Assembly (NCBI GenBank): GCA_001642005.1
Contig: LWCA01000010.1
Coordinates: 30,747-94,746 of the forward strand
Direction: 5' to 3'
DNA length: 64,000 bases
DNA from: Intoshia linei
Lineage: Eukaryota; Animalia; Orthonectida
The translations under genes and the position numbers were made by a program. Positions 51,101 to 64,000 of the stretch are shown here, piece by piece (the first letter of the stretch is position 1; each line of letters starts with the position of its first letter). Below the pieces are notes generated by a model that was not told where the DNA came from, did no database searches, and saw only the letters and a list, made by a program, of their open reading frames with translations.

Positions 51101-53150
51101 TATAATATAGGTTGTGTATATCACATCAATCATGTCAAACATGCGACCCGACACGACTTTTTATCTTAACCTGCGCACTACAATAATTCAAACAAACAAA
51201 ATTAACGATCTCATTAATATGACACTTTTTATTGACACCATGATATTGTGTTCAAATTTTCTGATTCAAAAAAAACGAACATATACCATTTGAAACGCAT
51301 TTTCAATAGTATTTTTTAAAAATTTTTTAACGGATATTCTTTTAAAATAGCAGATATACTTTTATATGTAATTATAATTAAAAACAAGATACACACTAAA
51401 TTAAATACATTAACATTAATTTACATTAACAATGTACATTTGGGAATATAAATAATATTTACAAATGCGTACAAACAAAATTTTTAACCTAATTAAATTA
51501 CACATAATATTACCAAAGACTAAATAGCTAAAATTAAAATTATTATCACAAAAAGTTGTTTCTAGTTATAAAATTAAATAAAGGTATATTAATAAAAAAT
51601 CTTAAAATGAAACTAAAAAATATACTGGCTAAACATGTAATTTACTTATTAATTTTAATGAAAACGTATTTAAATATAATTATTGAATTTTAAAATTTTA
51701 CATGTATCTATCAATTTATTATATTATAATAATAAATAATTATTATAAAATATATAATGCATATTAAGTATCAAAATCAATTCGTATATAAAATTTTTAC
51801 ATTCTAATTTTATCATTATTATTACATGGTACAATTAACATTTATAAAACTCATTTCTATTCAATTAAATATAAAATATTACGAACTACACGTACAATTT
51901 TTATATCAATATGGCACCAAATAAGAAATGAATGAAATGGTTTACATATTTAAAAATGTTTTTCCATTATTTACGTTGACGGCACAAATTTTATTGTATA
52001 ATGGTAAAAATGTAGTATAAAAAAACAGGTAAAATTAAAATATTAATTAAATTATATTATTAGGTAGTAAGTTTTAATACCAACTATATTAAAAAATTAT
52101 TATGTGAATAATATAGAACTATTTCACCGTACTCAATTTTGGAAAAATATTATCTGTGGTATTTCACTATTACATTATATTATTAGATTATGTATATTAA
52201 AGCTGTTCAAAAAAAAATTAGCACATGAGCAGATAGTATGAGTAATAAAGTATTTTCGTTATTTTTTGTGATTTTAATTAATTAAAACGCAGAAACNTAT
52301 AATTGCCACCAAAATTCAAATATTCATAATTTACCTAAATTTTAAAAAAATATATTTTCAGTACCAAAACCTCAAATTACTTCTTTTTTTAATGAAAACA
52401 GTCCTATAATTTAAAAAAATTTACAGGTGGTACAGTTGTATCCTGTTAACACATAAAAAAAATTTCAATCTGAATAAGTGACGCTTTTACTGTCAAAAAA
52501 GCATTTTAGTATTTATATATTTTTTTCCGAAATATTTTATTAACAAACAAATGTAAAACAAAAAATGTGAAATAATTTACTGTCCGAAAATTAAAAAAAA
52601 GATTATTCTAATAAAGCTTATTCCAGTTGATATATAATATATAAATACAAAATTTCAACCGAGAAATCTAAGCATTCCCGATGAAAAATAATTTTTAATA
52701 TATTATCATTGATAATTTATCAACCAATATTTTTCGAATATTTCGATTAAAATAAAAATTTAAAATGTAAATATTGATCCTACAATTTCAAAATAAGTGT
52801 GCATTGAACGTCTACACATTTCCAATAAAGAAATATGGTTGAAAATCTATAAAATTCATTCCTTCGCAATTTTATTTAATCTCAAATTTTCATTTTTAAA
52901 ATATTTTGTCTAAAATTTAAATTAAAACTACAACAACGAATTACTAATAATAATACAACTTTGTTTTTATTGGAAATTTAATTTTTAGAAATAGGGTCTT
53001 TCAGGGTTAAAAACGCTAATAACTTTTTTTTATTAAATCAAATATGTCCTAGAATTTTATAGTCAATCGCAACCGCTAAATCTGGTATTTTCACGAACCA
53101 AACCAGGATTACCCATTTTTTTTATATATTAAAAGAGTCTTATATCGAAA

Positions 53151-53911
53151 TTGATTAATTTAATTGTAATTTGGCAATTTTATCACGGGACGGATCAATC
53201 CATGTATTTTCTTAATATAATATTTTTAATATCATACATGTTGTATTTAGTTTTTTCAATTTTTCAAACGACAAATTTAATTATAAACATTTACTTGTAT
53301 GTTGAATATTTGTTGAATGATTGGACATACAATCGTATGATGTATTCATCAATAAGTGCATTTTTCTTTTACGTTCCATTCTTTTATTTTTTGTGGTATC
53401 GAATATTGTTATTAGCATTAAAGTAATTATGATTATAAATCATAACTTATTATCATTACAATGTAAAATTTAGAGAATCGAATATTATATTATACTGGCT
53501 ATTTTTTGGTGTATCTTTTTACTTTGTATATGTTCTATTTCAATTTGCATTTGGTATAAATCCGGGTTTCAGGTATTTTATAATAAATATTATATGTATA
53601 CCAAATGTGAATACAACATGTTAATTTAGTGGTATATTCTTTGGTATGCTTTTACGTAAACCTACAAATTTGTATTATGAAAGAGTTTTGACTTTTTTGG
53701 TTATTCCTGTCGGGATTTTAAATTTCATTTTCATGTGGATTTTTATATACGTTATTTATAAGGTAATTAAACATTATATGGTATATATTCAAATTAAAAT
53801 CAATTTTAAAAGGTATATAAAGTTTATATTGACAACAATTTGTCCATTGAAAATTCCTTATCAAAATTTTACAAAAGAATCATGACATCCGATGAAGCAT
53901 ATGATAACTAA
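53151..53911 (+). CDS. Divergent SCAMP-like four-TM protein; 3' exons only, start unresolved
   Basis: Spliced FFYVPFFYFLWYRILLLALK-ESNIILYWLFF...FG...GFSGIF...YKVYKVYIDNNLSIENSLSKF parallels SCAMP FTPCSFVCWYRPLYxAFRSDSS...G..GW...KVHxxYR; three short GT-AG introns. Confidence 0.55.
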
Positions 53912-53993
53912 TCTTACTAAAATTGTTAAATTTTAAATAATAAAATATTATTTATTGTAATAAATTAAATGTACAATTAAAATGTAATTATAA

Positions 53994-56900
53994 TTAATTA
54001 TTCAATTTTTTAATTTTTTGTAATTTGTAAATGTTGATACCATCCAAAAAAACAGATTTAGCTTCTTCTAATGATGATTGATAATTTTCAAAATAAATTT
54101 GTCGTTCAGATATTAATGTGGCTTTTTCATTTTTCAGAATTTCAATTTCTTTTATTTTATTTTCTAATCTACATAATAAAAATATAATAATATAATAATT
54201 ATTTAATAATCTTTTAATACAAAATTACTCTGATTTTAAAATTTTAAAATTCATTTTCTTGTCAATTCTTTCGTTTGATTTATTAGAGTCGAAGCATTTA
54301 TTTTTAGAGTCATAGTAATTTTTCTTTAAATTTTCATATTTTTCCTCGTCTTGTTCAATTCTACATTTTTATATATACAGTAATTTCTGTAATTTGGTAA
54401 TTTTTTGCACTATATATTACTGTATCAGCTGTAATTTTTTTAAAATTTTAAAATTTAAGGACTATATTGATTTTTAAAAAAAGGATAATGTGGGATTTTT
54501 ATCGTGAAAATGCAATTTTTAGGTACTACTTGCAAGTACTAAAACTAGGAAAATAAAACATATATAAACATCACTTGCGAAACACTGTATTAGAAATTGG
54601 GGTTTTTTAAATATATGGTAACAAACAGACACACACATTCAATTTTATATCTAATTTAAAGTAAAGGATAGAATGCCCATGTCTGTGTTACAGTTTAACC
54701 CAACAAATGTGCGTCCTAGAATTTAAATAAACACACGCTTAATACAGTGTTTCGAGAGCAATATTTGATCAAAAATTTAATTCTGAGAAACTGAGGCTTT
54801 CAGAGTTAAAAAGTTGTAAAATTTTAAAAAACATAAACTATAGGCAGGTTTTAAATACTTTTTATTTTACATTTAACAATAAATTGATAATAAAAATAAT
54901 ATCTTTTTTATAAAAAAAATCAACAAGAGCGATATTTTATCGTGTCGTGGACAAGAGGATGAAAACGCCTGCTATAAACGTAATAAAAATAAAAAAGCGA
55001 CCTAATATGCTTAAGATCCAATCAGTTTTATATTTTTAGAGTGAACTATTTAAAAAAACCTTTTTTGTAAAATTTCCACCAATTTTTGACAAGAATTAAA
55101 TTTCACTAGATTGTATTTATTTATGGTTTTTTCTGAAGCCAATTCAGTCAATCTAAAATTATCAAAATAATTTTTTTATAAATTTTTTTTTAATTACAAA
55201 TTGATATTTTCCATTTCAACGCTTTTAAGTTGATGAATATTATTGAAATTTGAGTTTAATTCGTTTGAAACAATTTGATTTTGGTAGGTTATTTTTTCTA
55301 AACATTTATTGTCTTCACTTTTTAAATTATTAATTTCAAAAATATTTTTTTTTAATTTTTTAATTTCAATTTCCTTTTCAATCAACTTGTTGTGTAAATT
55401 TTTAATTTCTGAATGTACTAAAAATTTTTGCTGTAATCCATATGATTCATTTGACGTTGTGTCATTGCTTTGAATTGTCTTTTTTGATTTTAATTGAATC
55501 TAATTTATTTATTAATTTTTATATTTTAACAATTTTTAATTTTTACTTTTAAAGATTCATTAACACGTTTTTCATTTTCAAGTAGATCCCGCATACTTTC
55601 GCTTTCAATTTTGTTGCATTTAAGATTTGTATTAATTACTTTAATTCTATTAATATTTAATTAATTCGCGTAAAATTTAAAAAAAATTATTAATTTTTGA
55701 ATTTATGTAAATTTATTGTAAATTATTTNTATGAATTTATCATAACATAAGAGAATACAAGTTTAAATATATTTTTTTATCACCAAAAAAAAATTCGCCA
55801 AACCTAATTTTTTAATCTTTAATTAATCATAAATTAAGTCATTATTACAATACACCAGGGGTGATCTACCAGTCTACCGCGAAAAGATATCAGTAGATTG
55901 AAAGTTAATTAAAAAATATATGTTATAATTGTATTTTGTTAACACACACAAAAAATTTCACTCTAAATAAGTGACGCCTTCATAATGAAAAAAGTATTTT
56001 AGTATTCATATATTTTTTTAGAGATATTTGATTAAAACAAAAAATGTGAAATAATTAACGGTTCAAAAATTAAAAAAAAAATTATTCTGATAGAACTTAT
56101 TCCAGTTAATATAAATACAAAATTTTAACTCCAGAAATCTACGCATTCCCGGTGAAAAATAATTTTTAATATATTATCAACCAATATTTTTCAAATATTT
56201 CGATTAAAATAAAAATTGAAAATGTAAATATTGATCCTACAATTTCAAAAAAACTATGCATTGAACCTCTACACATTTCCAATAAAGATATATGAGTGTA
56301 AATCTATATAATTGGGTCCTTGGGGTTTTTTATTGCTACACAATTTTTGATTTTCAAATACACATTTCAAAACATTTTGTTTAAAATTTAAATTAAAACT
56401 ACAACAACGATTATTAAAAATAATACAAATTTGTTATTATCATTTATATATATATTACAATCTTTTGTAATATTGGTAACATTCACCTGAAATATGTTTA
56501 TAAAGTACTGATTTCGTTAATTATTGATACATAATTCGTATTTTTAAGTATTTATTAAATTGGTACTGAATATATATCACCACATTGAAAATGATAGAAT
56601 AGGTTTTTATAATTTTATTTGTTCTGGAATTTATGCTATTTGTGACAAATTTTAGGATTGGACTGTTTTTATTTTATTTTTAATATTATACACACATTCT
56701 TTCTAATAAATTAAAAAAATGGAATAACAATTGTTTTTAAAATTCTTTACGCAAAAGTTAAAAAAAAAATTAAGATGGAATAATTCACTTAAAATATAAC
56801 ACAAAGTAAAATATAATGTGATATGATTGTTCCACCTGAAACAAATTTGGAACCACTCTTTTAAAGGATTGATAATAGTGAATAGTAGGATTTTTAAGCT

Positions 56901-59900
56901 AGATTTTCAACTTTAATTTATTTTTTTGGTAGAACAAAAATTTGCCATCGGCAGAGCTACGTGCTGTTTTAACGTAGTACATAACAGTCAACCTAGTACA
57001 CATATAAAAAAATAATAACATTACTGAATCAAGTCTTTCATTTTATCACTATTATTGCTAAATATATACATGCAAATAAATTAAAAGAATGAGAAAAATA
57101 ATATTACCATTCATTCTTAAACCATCCATTAAAATCATTTTGTAAACTTTTAAAGTCTTCTTCAGATGCTTTTTTTAAATTTTCTACTATAAAATGAAGA
57201 TTTTAGTTTTAATTGGGCAGCGGTAAAAATTCGAAATCTTATATCTTTACGGCTAAAACCACAAATTAGGTTGGATTTAGGAGTAGATTTTTGGATCAAA
57301 CGAAGAAATGGGTTTTTGATAACAAATAGAAATTAACCTACATTCTACATTTGTAGATTCTAGTTCCAGAGCCTTATAAATTTTGAGGATAAAACCAGAA
57401 AATGAAATGTAAAGTTGGTTAAAAAATTACAAATTTTATAATTTGATTGTAATTCCTTGATCAAATTTTGCAATGTATCTTGATAAGCTGTCAACTCATT
57501 AATTTGTTTATTCTTCTCATTAATCTAGTTTAAATTGAAATACTAATATAATTTCAAATTCACTCACCTAGAATAAAATTGAATACATTTATAAAATAAA
57601 TTCATTAATATAATACCTTTTCATTTTGAACTTCAATAGTAATTGACATTATTAAATTATTTTTTTTTGTATTTTGGTAATTCCCTTTCAAAATTTGTAT
57701 ACCATTAGTGTAGTCGTTATTAGCCATTAATAATTTTTTTGATTTCATTTCGGATATATGCAACAATTTTTGCACTTGAATCAACTAAAATTAACATCAT
57801 ATACTTATTTTATATATCATAAATTTCAAATTTATAATATTATTTTACATTTTTTTCAGTTTCCTTGTGAGATTTATTGATAATACCGAATTTACATTGC
57901 ATGCTGTTTATTTTTTTATTCAACAAATTTATCTATTAAATAATTATTTAATTATAATTGCTAATAAATTTACGGGACAGTCATTTTTCTCAATAAATGG
58001 TTGTACAGTGTGCAATACACACAGACGCTTTTATCTGTAAGTTTATATAATATTTTTATCTATTAATAAGTTGAGTCTACTTATATAAATTGAATGTCTG
58101 TTTGATACCGTTTAATTAAAAACGTAAAAGTTGTAGAATTTAAAAAATCCCAACGTCTGATACGGTTTTTCAAGTAAGGTTTTTATCTTAAATCTCAACT
58201 TTAGTAACTGAAACCTTCATAGTAAAAATCACAAATAACCCTATTTTTTTATAAATAAAATCCATATTATAAAATATAAGCATACCTCCTTCTCCAAATT
58301 CTCTACATTTTTTAGTTGTATATTTTTTTTATTATACAAAACTTGATTATCTAAATTTAATCTGTTGCATTCATCTTTATATTCATTTATTTGCGACTTT
58401 TTTTCATGTAGTTTTTGTTTCAAGTTATTTATTGACTGTTTAAATTCTTTTGTCTAAATTAATTTTATTTTAAATGTTATAAATAATCACTAAATGATGT
58501 AATTTACAATTATAATGATATAAAAATATATATTAAAACCCAAAAATTGGGTGGATTTTTAAGAGTCAACAAAATATGAAGCTAGACATCCTGCTGGAAA
58601 TAAATAAATGCGTCTCTACCCATCTTTCGTTTCCATTTATCAAAAATGTATTGAAATACAAATGTTAATATTTTTTATTTCCAGTTGACCCATTTTGATA
58701 CTTTTATATTTTTGCATAAAGAGCTTAAAACAGTATTTTTTATTAATTATTATTAAATTTTATTAAAAGTGGGATTTTTAAAATAATAATTTAGCGGTCT
58801 TCTAGGCTTTGGGATAAAATCACAATATCTGGCAACTGCAATAATGCATTTTACAAGATTAAACTAAATTTTTAATTTTTTTGGTACTAATAACACCTTT
58901 GATCATATGTGATACATCGGCTTTGAAAAGATTAATTAACTAAAATTAGATCTTTTATTTAGGAGTAATTTATATTTCAATTATTATACACACATACCTA
59001 ATGATACCTATCATTGTGTAGTAATTAATTAACATAGGTAGTTAAATGATATATTTTTTACTTTTATATCTTGCTCTTTTTTCAGTGAGATGAGAGAATC
59101 CAATTGTTTTTTATATATGGGACACTAAAATTATTACTATAATGGGATTAATATCTAAAATGCTAAAATGTTGCATATAACGTTACTCTATCAAATCCAC
59201 TATTCTAGGAAACCTTGAATAGTGACACAAATTCTGAAACGCATAGAAGTAAGAGGGGATTAATAATTCTAACCAAAAATTGAAAAATCATCCCATTATA
59301 TTTAACAATTTAAGGTTAGAGCTGCAAGAAAATCAAAAAAAAAATTACATTAACACACAAATAATTTTGAGAAAATTCAGATTCATTTGATAATAATTGT
59401 GATTGAATTTCCTTAATTTTAGTATCATATTGATAAATTTGATTTTTTAAACTTTCTTCAATATCTTTGTCACATTTAACATTATTTTTCAATTTGTTGT
59501 ATTCCACATTCTTTTCCGATAACTCAAAATGTAAAATTATATCAAAACAACAATATAGACAACACTTGACTTTCATAAACTCAAGTGTTGTTGCATGGAT
59601 AAAATATAATATGGGTATATCGAGAGCCGATCTTACCAAGCTCGCAGTTACCAGAAAATGAAAAATAGGTCCTTAATTAATTTTCGTAAATGATGCGTAG
59701 TATCATACAGCCCTAACAACCTATATAAGCTTAACTTATAATAGGCTCTTGACTTTAAATTTTAATTTTAAAACAAAAAATACTTGATATTCAAGAATAT
59801 CATTTTTCAATGCTCAATTTGGAAAAATGAAACCGCCATTTTACAATAATACAAAAAAACGTTCCGGAAGAGGGATCTCGGTAGGGTAGTGCGTCTCTGG

Positions 59901-62900
59901 ATATATAAATTATACCTTTTTTTCCAAGTCATTTAATTTCATTTTAAGTGGTTCATTTTCACATTCCAATGATTGAAATTGACATTTTTTCAAATCTTCT
60001 TCTAATTTAGATATTTTGTTTTGATTCGTAACGTTTTCGTCTTTTTGTTTAAACAAAATTTTTTCTTGTTGCAATATCTATATGTAAAAACATGAATGAT
60101 AAAATCTAACATATAAGGTTTTCGATAGTTTTCAGTATGTTTGCAAAAAACTCAATAGTTTTAATATTTAAATCATTTCATTTCTTAGAAAAGTTTTTTT
60201 ATTCAGTACAAAAATTTCCACATATCTGTATTTTCATTATTGTGTTTTGCGTTGCTGATTCGCCAGATACATGTACTTTGAAATAATTTTTAAAATCAGA
60301 TTTTCCCGGTTATTATATTATTTTACATCATACAATAAAACAATACTTTTTCAAAGGATACAGCCAAATATTGTTACTTTTGTCGGATGGAACTCAAAAA
60401 ACGTTCGTCAATTTCTGTATGTGTAATCGATAATATGGATAATCTGACAATTAGATAGATATTGACATGATTTATGTTTAATGAATAATGAATAGTGAAG
60501 AATCAAAATGTTATAGTATGATCAGGGTGGTGGAGAGGAGCTAGGTGGCCATATAAATCGGGCCTACAATCGTGAGTGACTAATAATTTAATTTATTAAT
60601 ATTTAATGTTGGAAAATTTCTTAAATATGTCAAAATTATGATGTAAATGCGATTTATTATTATAACTGTTATTTTCAATTTTTACTCAATAAACGATCGA
60701 TTAAACAATGTATAGACGTCCCAATTTTAAAAAAAATTTATTCGGTCTACAATTTCCATTTGACCAGACCTACTTTTGGCTCTCCTGAATAAGAGACACT
60801 AGAAAATATCCATATGTAAGCTAAAATGCAAACGTACCCAAATTATTGGAAAACCCTATACTATAATATTCTATTAAATATACTTCAATGAAAGTTTAAT
60901 TTAAAAACATACCTGAAATTTCAGTTTTTTGGTGGATTGAGAAGATTCAGAATTTTTTAATATAGACTTTGTCAACTTTTCAGACACCTGAATATCAAAA
61001 ATTATTAGTATTAAAAAGTATTAGTCGATCGCATCAAAAAGAAGGTGGACACCCCTGCTATATAATATAATTACATTTAATAATTTATCACTAATTTCTT
61101 TCATTTCATTTGATTTTTCATAAATTTTTGTTTTTAGTTTATCAATTTCTTTTTCATTTTCAGTTTTTATATTATTATTATTTATGCTTTGTTTATTTAA
61201 TTTTTCATTATCAATTTTCATTTTATTTATTTCAGATTCCAATTTTATTTTTTCCTTGTTTAATATAACTAAATCTGGTTTTAAATTTTGTAATTGTGCT
61301 TCCATTAATTGTATTTCGTCTTTTAATTTATTTTTCTAAATTAATAATGTTTGAAAAATCAAAATTCCCATCAATTGACCGGAAGTAATATTAAATGCAT
61401 ATAACAATTAAAACGTTACATGAATATGAAAATATCGAATTTACCTCTTTTTCCAATAACATTTTGTCCATCTTGTATGTTTTATTCTCCGAACGAAGCA
61501 ATTTCAACTACAAAATATATACTATAAAATAAATTTTATATATCAGTAACCCCCAAATTAAGTATTAATATTTTAAAAGATTTTGACTAACAATTTTTTA
61601 TTAATCCTTACCACACTGGGTTGTAACTTTTTGAAAAAATGCAAATGGATCCAATCAAGGTCACAAAATTTTGTTAAAATACTACATACAAAACTGATAA
61701 AATGTCTAACCTGTCTATAACACTTTATTAGAAATGTATCTATTAAAATTATAATTCATTCATTAATTAAAAAAAATATTAAATTAGTCAAAATGCAATG
61801 ATTTTAATTGTTAAATTAATTACCAAATTGCCACTCTATTTTAAGTGACTTTATTTATGAATCTAATATAGAGGGTTGTAATTTTTGTCAATAATAAATA
61901 TAAATTTAAAATGTTAGTCAAAATACAAAATATTCCATTCCATTGTACCTTTTTTATAACAACTTGTTTATCATTCATGTTCACATTATTTTGTCTTTTA
62001 ATTTGATCAATCTCTGCAGTTGTTTTATTATTCTAAATAATTCAATTTCACTCATTCATTATATTATAAAAAAAAACAATGTTATAATACAGTAGTTGTA
62101 CAACAAATAAAAACTCTAATCCTAGTGAAGAATTTAAATGTTCTACTATATACACTCAAATGTATTATACAGGACATTCAGTTTTTTAAGTAAAATGTGA
62201 ATGCATCTCATACTTTCCAAAGTGAAGAATATAATTTTTATCATAACTTGGTGAAATTTATGTATTCCTTTACTTAATTTACTTAATATATAAAATAGAA
62301 TGTGTATGTGTCTGTGCTACCGTTTAATTAAAAAACATATTTTCTAATATAGTTTTTTAAAAGTAATGTTTTAGTGGAAATTTCATTTTCAGTAATAAGT
62401 CAATCATGGTGAAAACTTCAAATGACCCTTTTATTTAAAATGAAAAAAGTTATAGAATTTTATAAAACATAAATTATGAAATGTTTTTTAATCATGAGCA
62501 TTATCATAAATCAAAACCTCAATAACTTGCATTTTCGATTAAAATTGAAAATGATTCGTCTAAAAATAAAAGAATAATTATTCCGTCACATTTTATTTCT
62601 GTTGATCTAGAGCAGGGATGCACAACCTTTCCACCAATTCAACCACAAAGCTACTTTACTCATTGCTACTACGGCCGCACATAATTTAATTTGAAATTGA
62701 GATAGTTTAAATCCATTTTGAGATAGTGATCAAAGTCAAAAATGTAACTTTAATAACAAATATTTTAAATTTCCCTTGAATAAAAATCTAATTTAAACTT
62801 TTTCAATTCGACGTAAAATGGTATATTTTATGGTACAATAAATCAATAACAAAATTTAAATCAAATCATTTGAAAAAGATGCCAACATTTTAACATGCTT

Positions 62901-63585
62901 TAATTACACACATAAATAATAATGTAAATTTGTATCGTATGAAAAACTTGAATCAACCCAAAGAGATCGAAATTTTAAAATTTCAAAAGTTTAATCCAAT
63001 TTGAGAAATTGGGGCAAAGTCAACAATGAAAATTTTTAATAAAAATATTTTCAATTTCTCTTAAATAAAATCTTGAATCTGATATAAACTTTTCAATTTG
63101 AAGTAAATTAATATATTGCACTATGATCACATGCCCACGACCGTTCAAAAACGCTCTCACGACCGCAGGTTGTGCACTTTGATTTAGAGAAAAAAATTTA
63201 GTATGAGAAAAAATGAAAAGTAATATTTAAAAATTTACATAGATCTCATTATAAGTGGACACCAATCAGTGGCCGACAAGGATCCATGTTTTGCAACCTT
63301 TTGGTAATAACTTATTACTAATAAAATTCTAAAACACAAATCCATTATACACAAATTTAGCCAAAAAATTACATTATTTTGAATGTGTACTATTTCATCG
63401 TTTAATTGAACCAATTCTTTTCTCTGATTAATAATTTTTAAATTTTGTTCATTAATTTTTTTTTCTAAATTTGAGATAATAATTTCACCATTCTTGATAT
63501 CTAAATTTGATTTTTCATAATTCCTGCAATAATTTTGTATTTTATTATCATAGTCATGCTTTCTTTCTATGTAATAAATATTCAA
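53994..63585 (-). CDS. Long K/E/N-rich coiled-coil protein, many exons, unknown family; probably begins beyond the window
   Basis: Heptad-like exons at ~63570-63372, ~61335-61075, ~60075-59915, ~59510-59350, ~58450-58285, ~55495-55197 and ~54168-53994 with GT-AG borders. Confidence 0.65.
55935..56996 (+). mobile_element. 5'-truncated Helitron copy
   Basis: Family body ending CGGCAGAGCTAC...GTAGTACATAACAGTCAACCTAG|T. Confidence 0.7.
62613..63181 (+). mobile_element. hAT-Charlie MITE
   Basis: CAGGGATGCACAACC ... GGTTGTGCACTTTG; TSD ATCTAGAG/ATTTAGAG (NTCTAGAN-type target). Confidence 0.8.
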
Positions 63586-63724
63586 TTCATCATATTTATC
63601 TTTTTCTTGTTTTATCTATTGTAAATAGTAATATATTGACTATTAATGAGAATTGTTTAATTATGTTTCTCTTCAATTTAAAAATTTATCTCAACCCTTT
63701 CAGACTGTCATTTTATATTAATTA

Positions 63725-64000
63725 TCCTTACTTATATAATATGCTACGCAATATTTGTTTGTGTGTGTTACCGTTTATTTCAATAACCACCAGTCTTAGA
63801 ATTTTATAAAATCCACATTTTAATTACAGTTTTTTTCGGGAATGTTAATAAAATAAATTTCAACCTCCCAAACTCACATCTTACGGTTCACAAAGCCCAA
63901 TTGTCGTTTTTTTAAAAATCAAACAAGTTCTAGAATTTTAAAAACAATATACTCTAATACGGATTTTAAAATCATAAACATTATCATAAATTTAAATTTA
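63725..64000 (+). mobile_element. Helitron 5' end running off the window
   Basis: A|TCCTTACTTATATAATATGCTACGC plus family body. Confidence 0.7.

Noticed and set aside
52298-52875. Near-identical ~580 bp duplicate of 48532-49110
   Set aside because: Begins immediately after an N at 52297 and is mostly Helitron sequence; most likely a scaffolding or repeat-collapse artefact.
59615-59905. Weak inverted ends (TATATCGAGAG... / ...CTCTGGATATA)
   Set aside because: Too degenerate to assign TIRs or a TSD confidently.

Overview
Very AT-rich (estimated ~75-80%) eukaryotic, almost certainly animal, genomic DNA with many 30-45 nt GT-AG introns. By impression only, this fits a compact invertebrate genome such as an orthonectid. 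Genes read from spliced exons: 3' end of an AUH-like enoyl-CoA hydratase (+), eIF3L (-), a 5-HT7-like serotonin receptor (-), DPH1 (+), NFS1 (+), a multiply frameshifted peptide-type GPCR pseudogene (-), a CD225/dispanin protein (+), a Pur-alpha protein (+), an SLC5 sodium:solute symporter (-), a divergent SCAMP-like protein (+) and a long coiled-coil protein (-) running to the window edge. Introns and intergenic DNA are dominated by one non-autonomous Helitron family (TC...hairpin-CTAG) and by hAT, piggyBac and Tc1/mariner MITEs, several with clean target-site duplications (TSDs) and nesting. The most unusual items are a Helitron-bounded 2 kb composite carrying fused Ty3/gypsy RT and Tc1-like DDE fragments next to the dead GPCR, a tight same-strand DPH1-NFS1 (Fe-S client / Fe-S sulfur donor) pair, very short tail-to-tail gene junctions, and TAGGGT-ended elements sharing the target ATGTACAT. 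No rRNA, tRNA or CRISPR seen. No new multi-gene system can be firmly demonstrated from sequence alone.
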